Assembly (NCBI GenBank): GCA_002633005.1
Contig: NMRA01000101.1
Span: forward strand, 945,549-1,009,548
Length of the DNA stretch: 64,000 bases
From: Phoronis australis
Lineage: Eukaryota; Animalia; Phoronida
Direction: 5' to 3'
The position numbers were made by a program, and so were the translations under genes. Below are positions 63,141 to 64,000 of this stretch, in pieces. The notes under the pieces are model-generated. The model was not told the DNA's origin, ran no database searches, and was given only the letters and a program-made list of their open reading frames with translations. Within the stretch, counting starts at the first letter, position 1. Every line of letters begins with the position of its first letter.

Positions 63141-63589
63141 CATCAGTGCCGGATTAAGGGTACGCAGGGGGCCCTAACTGTCAGAAGTTCGGAGGCCCAT
63201 CGTCAAATCTGAGGTAACGTACGTAGACCTAAGTAGTTCAGTTCTTGTAACTTAAATGCTAAACGGAATAAACTAAACAAATTGAAAGTCTAAACAACCC
63301 GCAATGCATACCTACTGGAAATGAAGCTCTTACTTTAATCTGGTGACCATTTATCCAAATGCATACAATACCAGATTGTCAAAATAGTCGTGCCATATTG
63401 AAATTCGCTACGTTTGTTTCATCGTATCCGATGAGATTGTCAAAACGAAATGGATTGTGGTGCTCAAGAATGGATGCTGTCAGTGTAGAACTATTGGTTT
63501 ATCTATATTAGAATTTAAGTAAAGATGGTTGGATTGTGGTGCTCAAGAATGGATGCTGTCAGTGCAGAACTCCAGAAAGTGCTCATTTT

Positions 63590-63985
63590 ACTGCATCATT
63601 ATCTTGCGAAGAATATCTTTACTGCCTACCACCAAGTCTACGTAGAATACTAGCTAAATTCAGGTACATTCTAAAGGAGGGGAGGCTTTGTGAAATCTAC
63701 AACTGCTCAGAAATTGAAGACGAAAAACACATTTTACTTAACTGTCCAGTATTAAACGATGTGTATTCAAAACAAACCCTGGCAACCTTCTGAAAAGACT
63801 ATCCTTATTTATATTTTAAAAGCCTGTGATTTCAGGCAGGAAATTCTGATATTGTAAATGTGTAAATATGTATAGTGTTTTGAAGATCTGGTCATCATCT
63901 GATCATGAAATTGACTTCTGTGCTATGCTAATGTAATGTGACATGTACAAGTGAGGTTTTCTCCAAGTACAACAAATAAACAATC
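63590..63985 (+). mobile_element. 3' end of a degenerate non-LTR retrotransposon (LINE)
   Basis: YLYCLPPSLRRILAKFR...RLCEIYNCSEIEDEKHILLNCP is a C-terminal CCHC-type zinc knuckle. AATAAA and a simple-repeat tail lie near 63977. Confidence 0.7.
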
Positions 63986-64000
63986 TCTCTCCCTCCCTCC

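Overview
AT-rich, intron-containing animal genomic DNA; a marine bilaterian invertebrate is inferred. I reconstructed three spliced genes by hand with GT-AG junctions and consistent phases. (1) The 5' part of a rabphilin-3A/Noc2-type Rab3/Rab27 effector lies on the minus strand (coding exons 16023 down to 2094) and continues off the left edge. (2) A complete 6-exon PGAM5 (298 aa, 30194-36859, +) sits head-to-head with it. (3) A probably complete 8-exon aquaporin (about 290 aa, 60555 down to 51115, -) is atypical: its second motif is NPV-I instead of NPA-R, and its start codon appears split by an intron. The rest is repeat-rich: three copies of a ~1 kb MITE with 5-bp TSDs and an internal tRNA-like Pol III unit, three Penelope-like relics with degenerate hammerhead ribozymes, THAP and LINE relics, and minisatellites. 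Assembly artefacts include an N gap and two single-N haplotype overlaps, one of which falsely duplicates an aquaporin exon. The most notable observations are the arginine-less aquaporin pore and a ~110-bp motif cassette present in inverted orientation at both divergent promoters.
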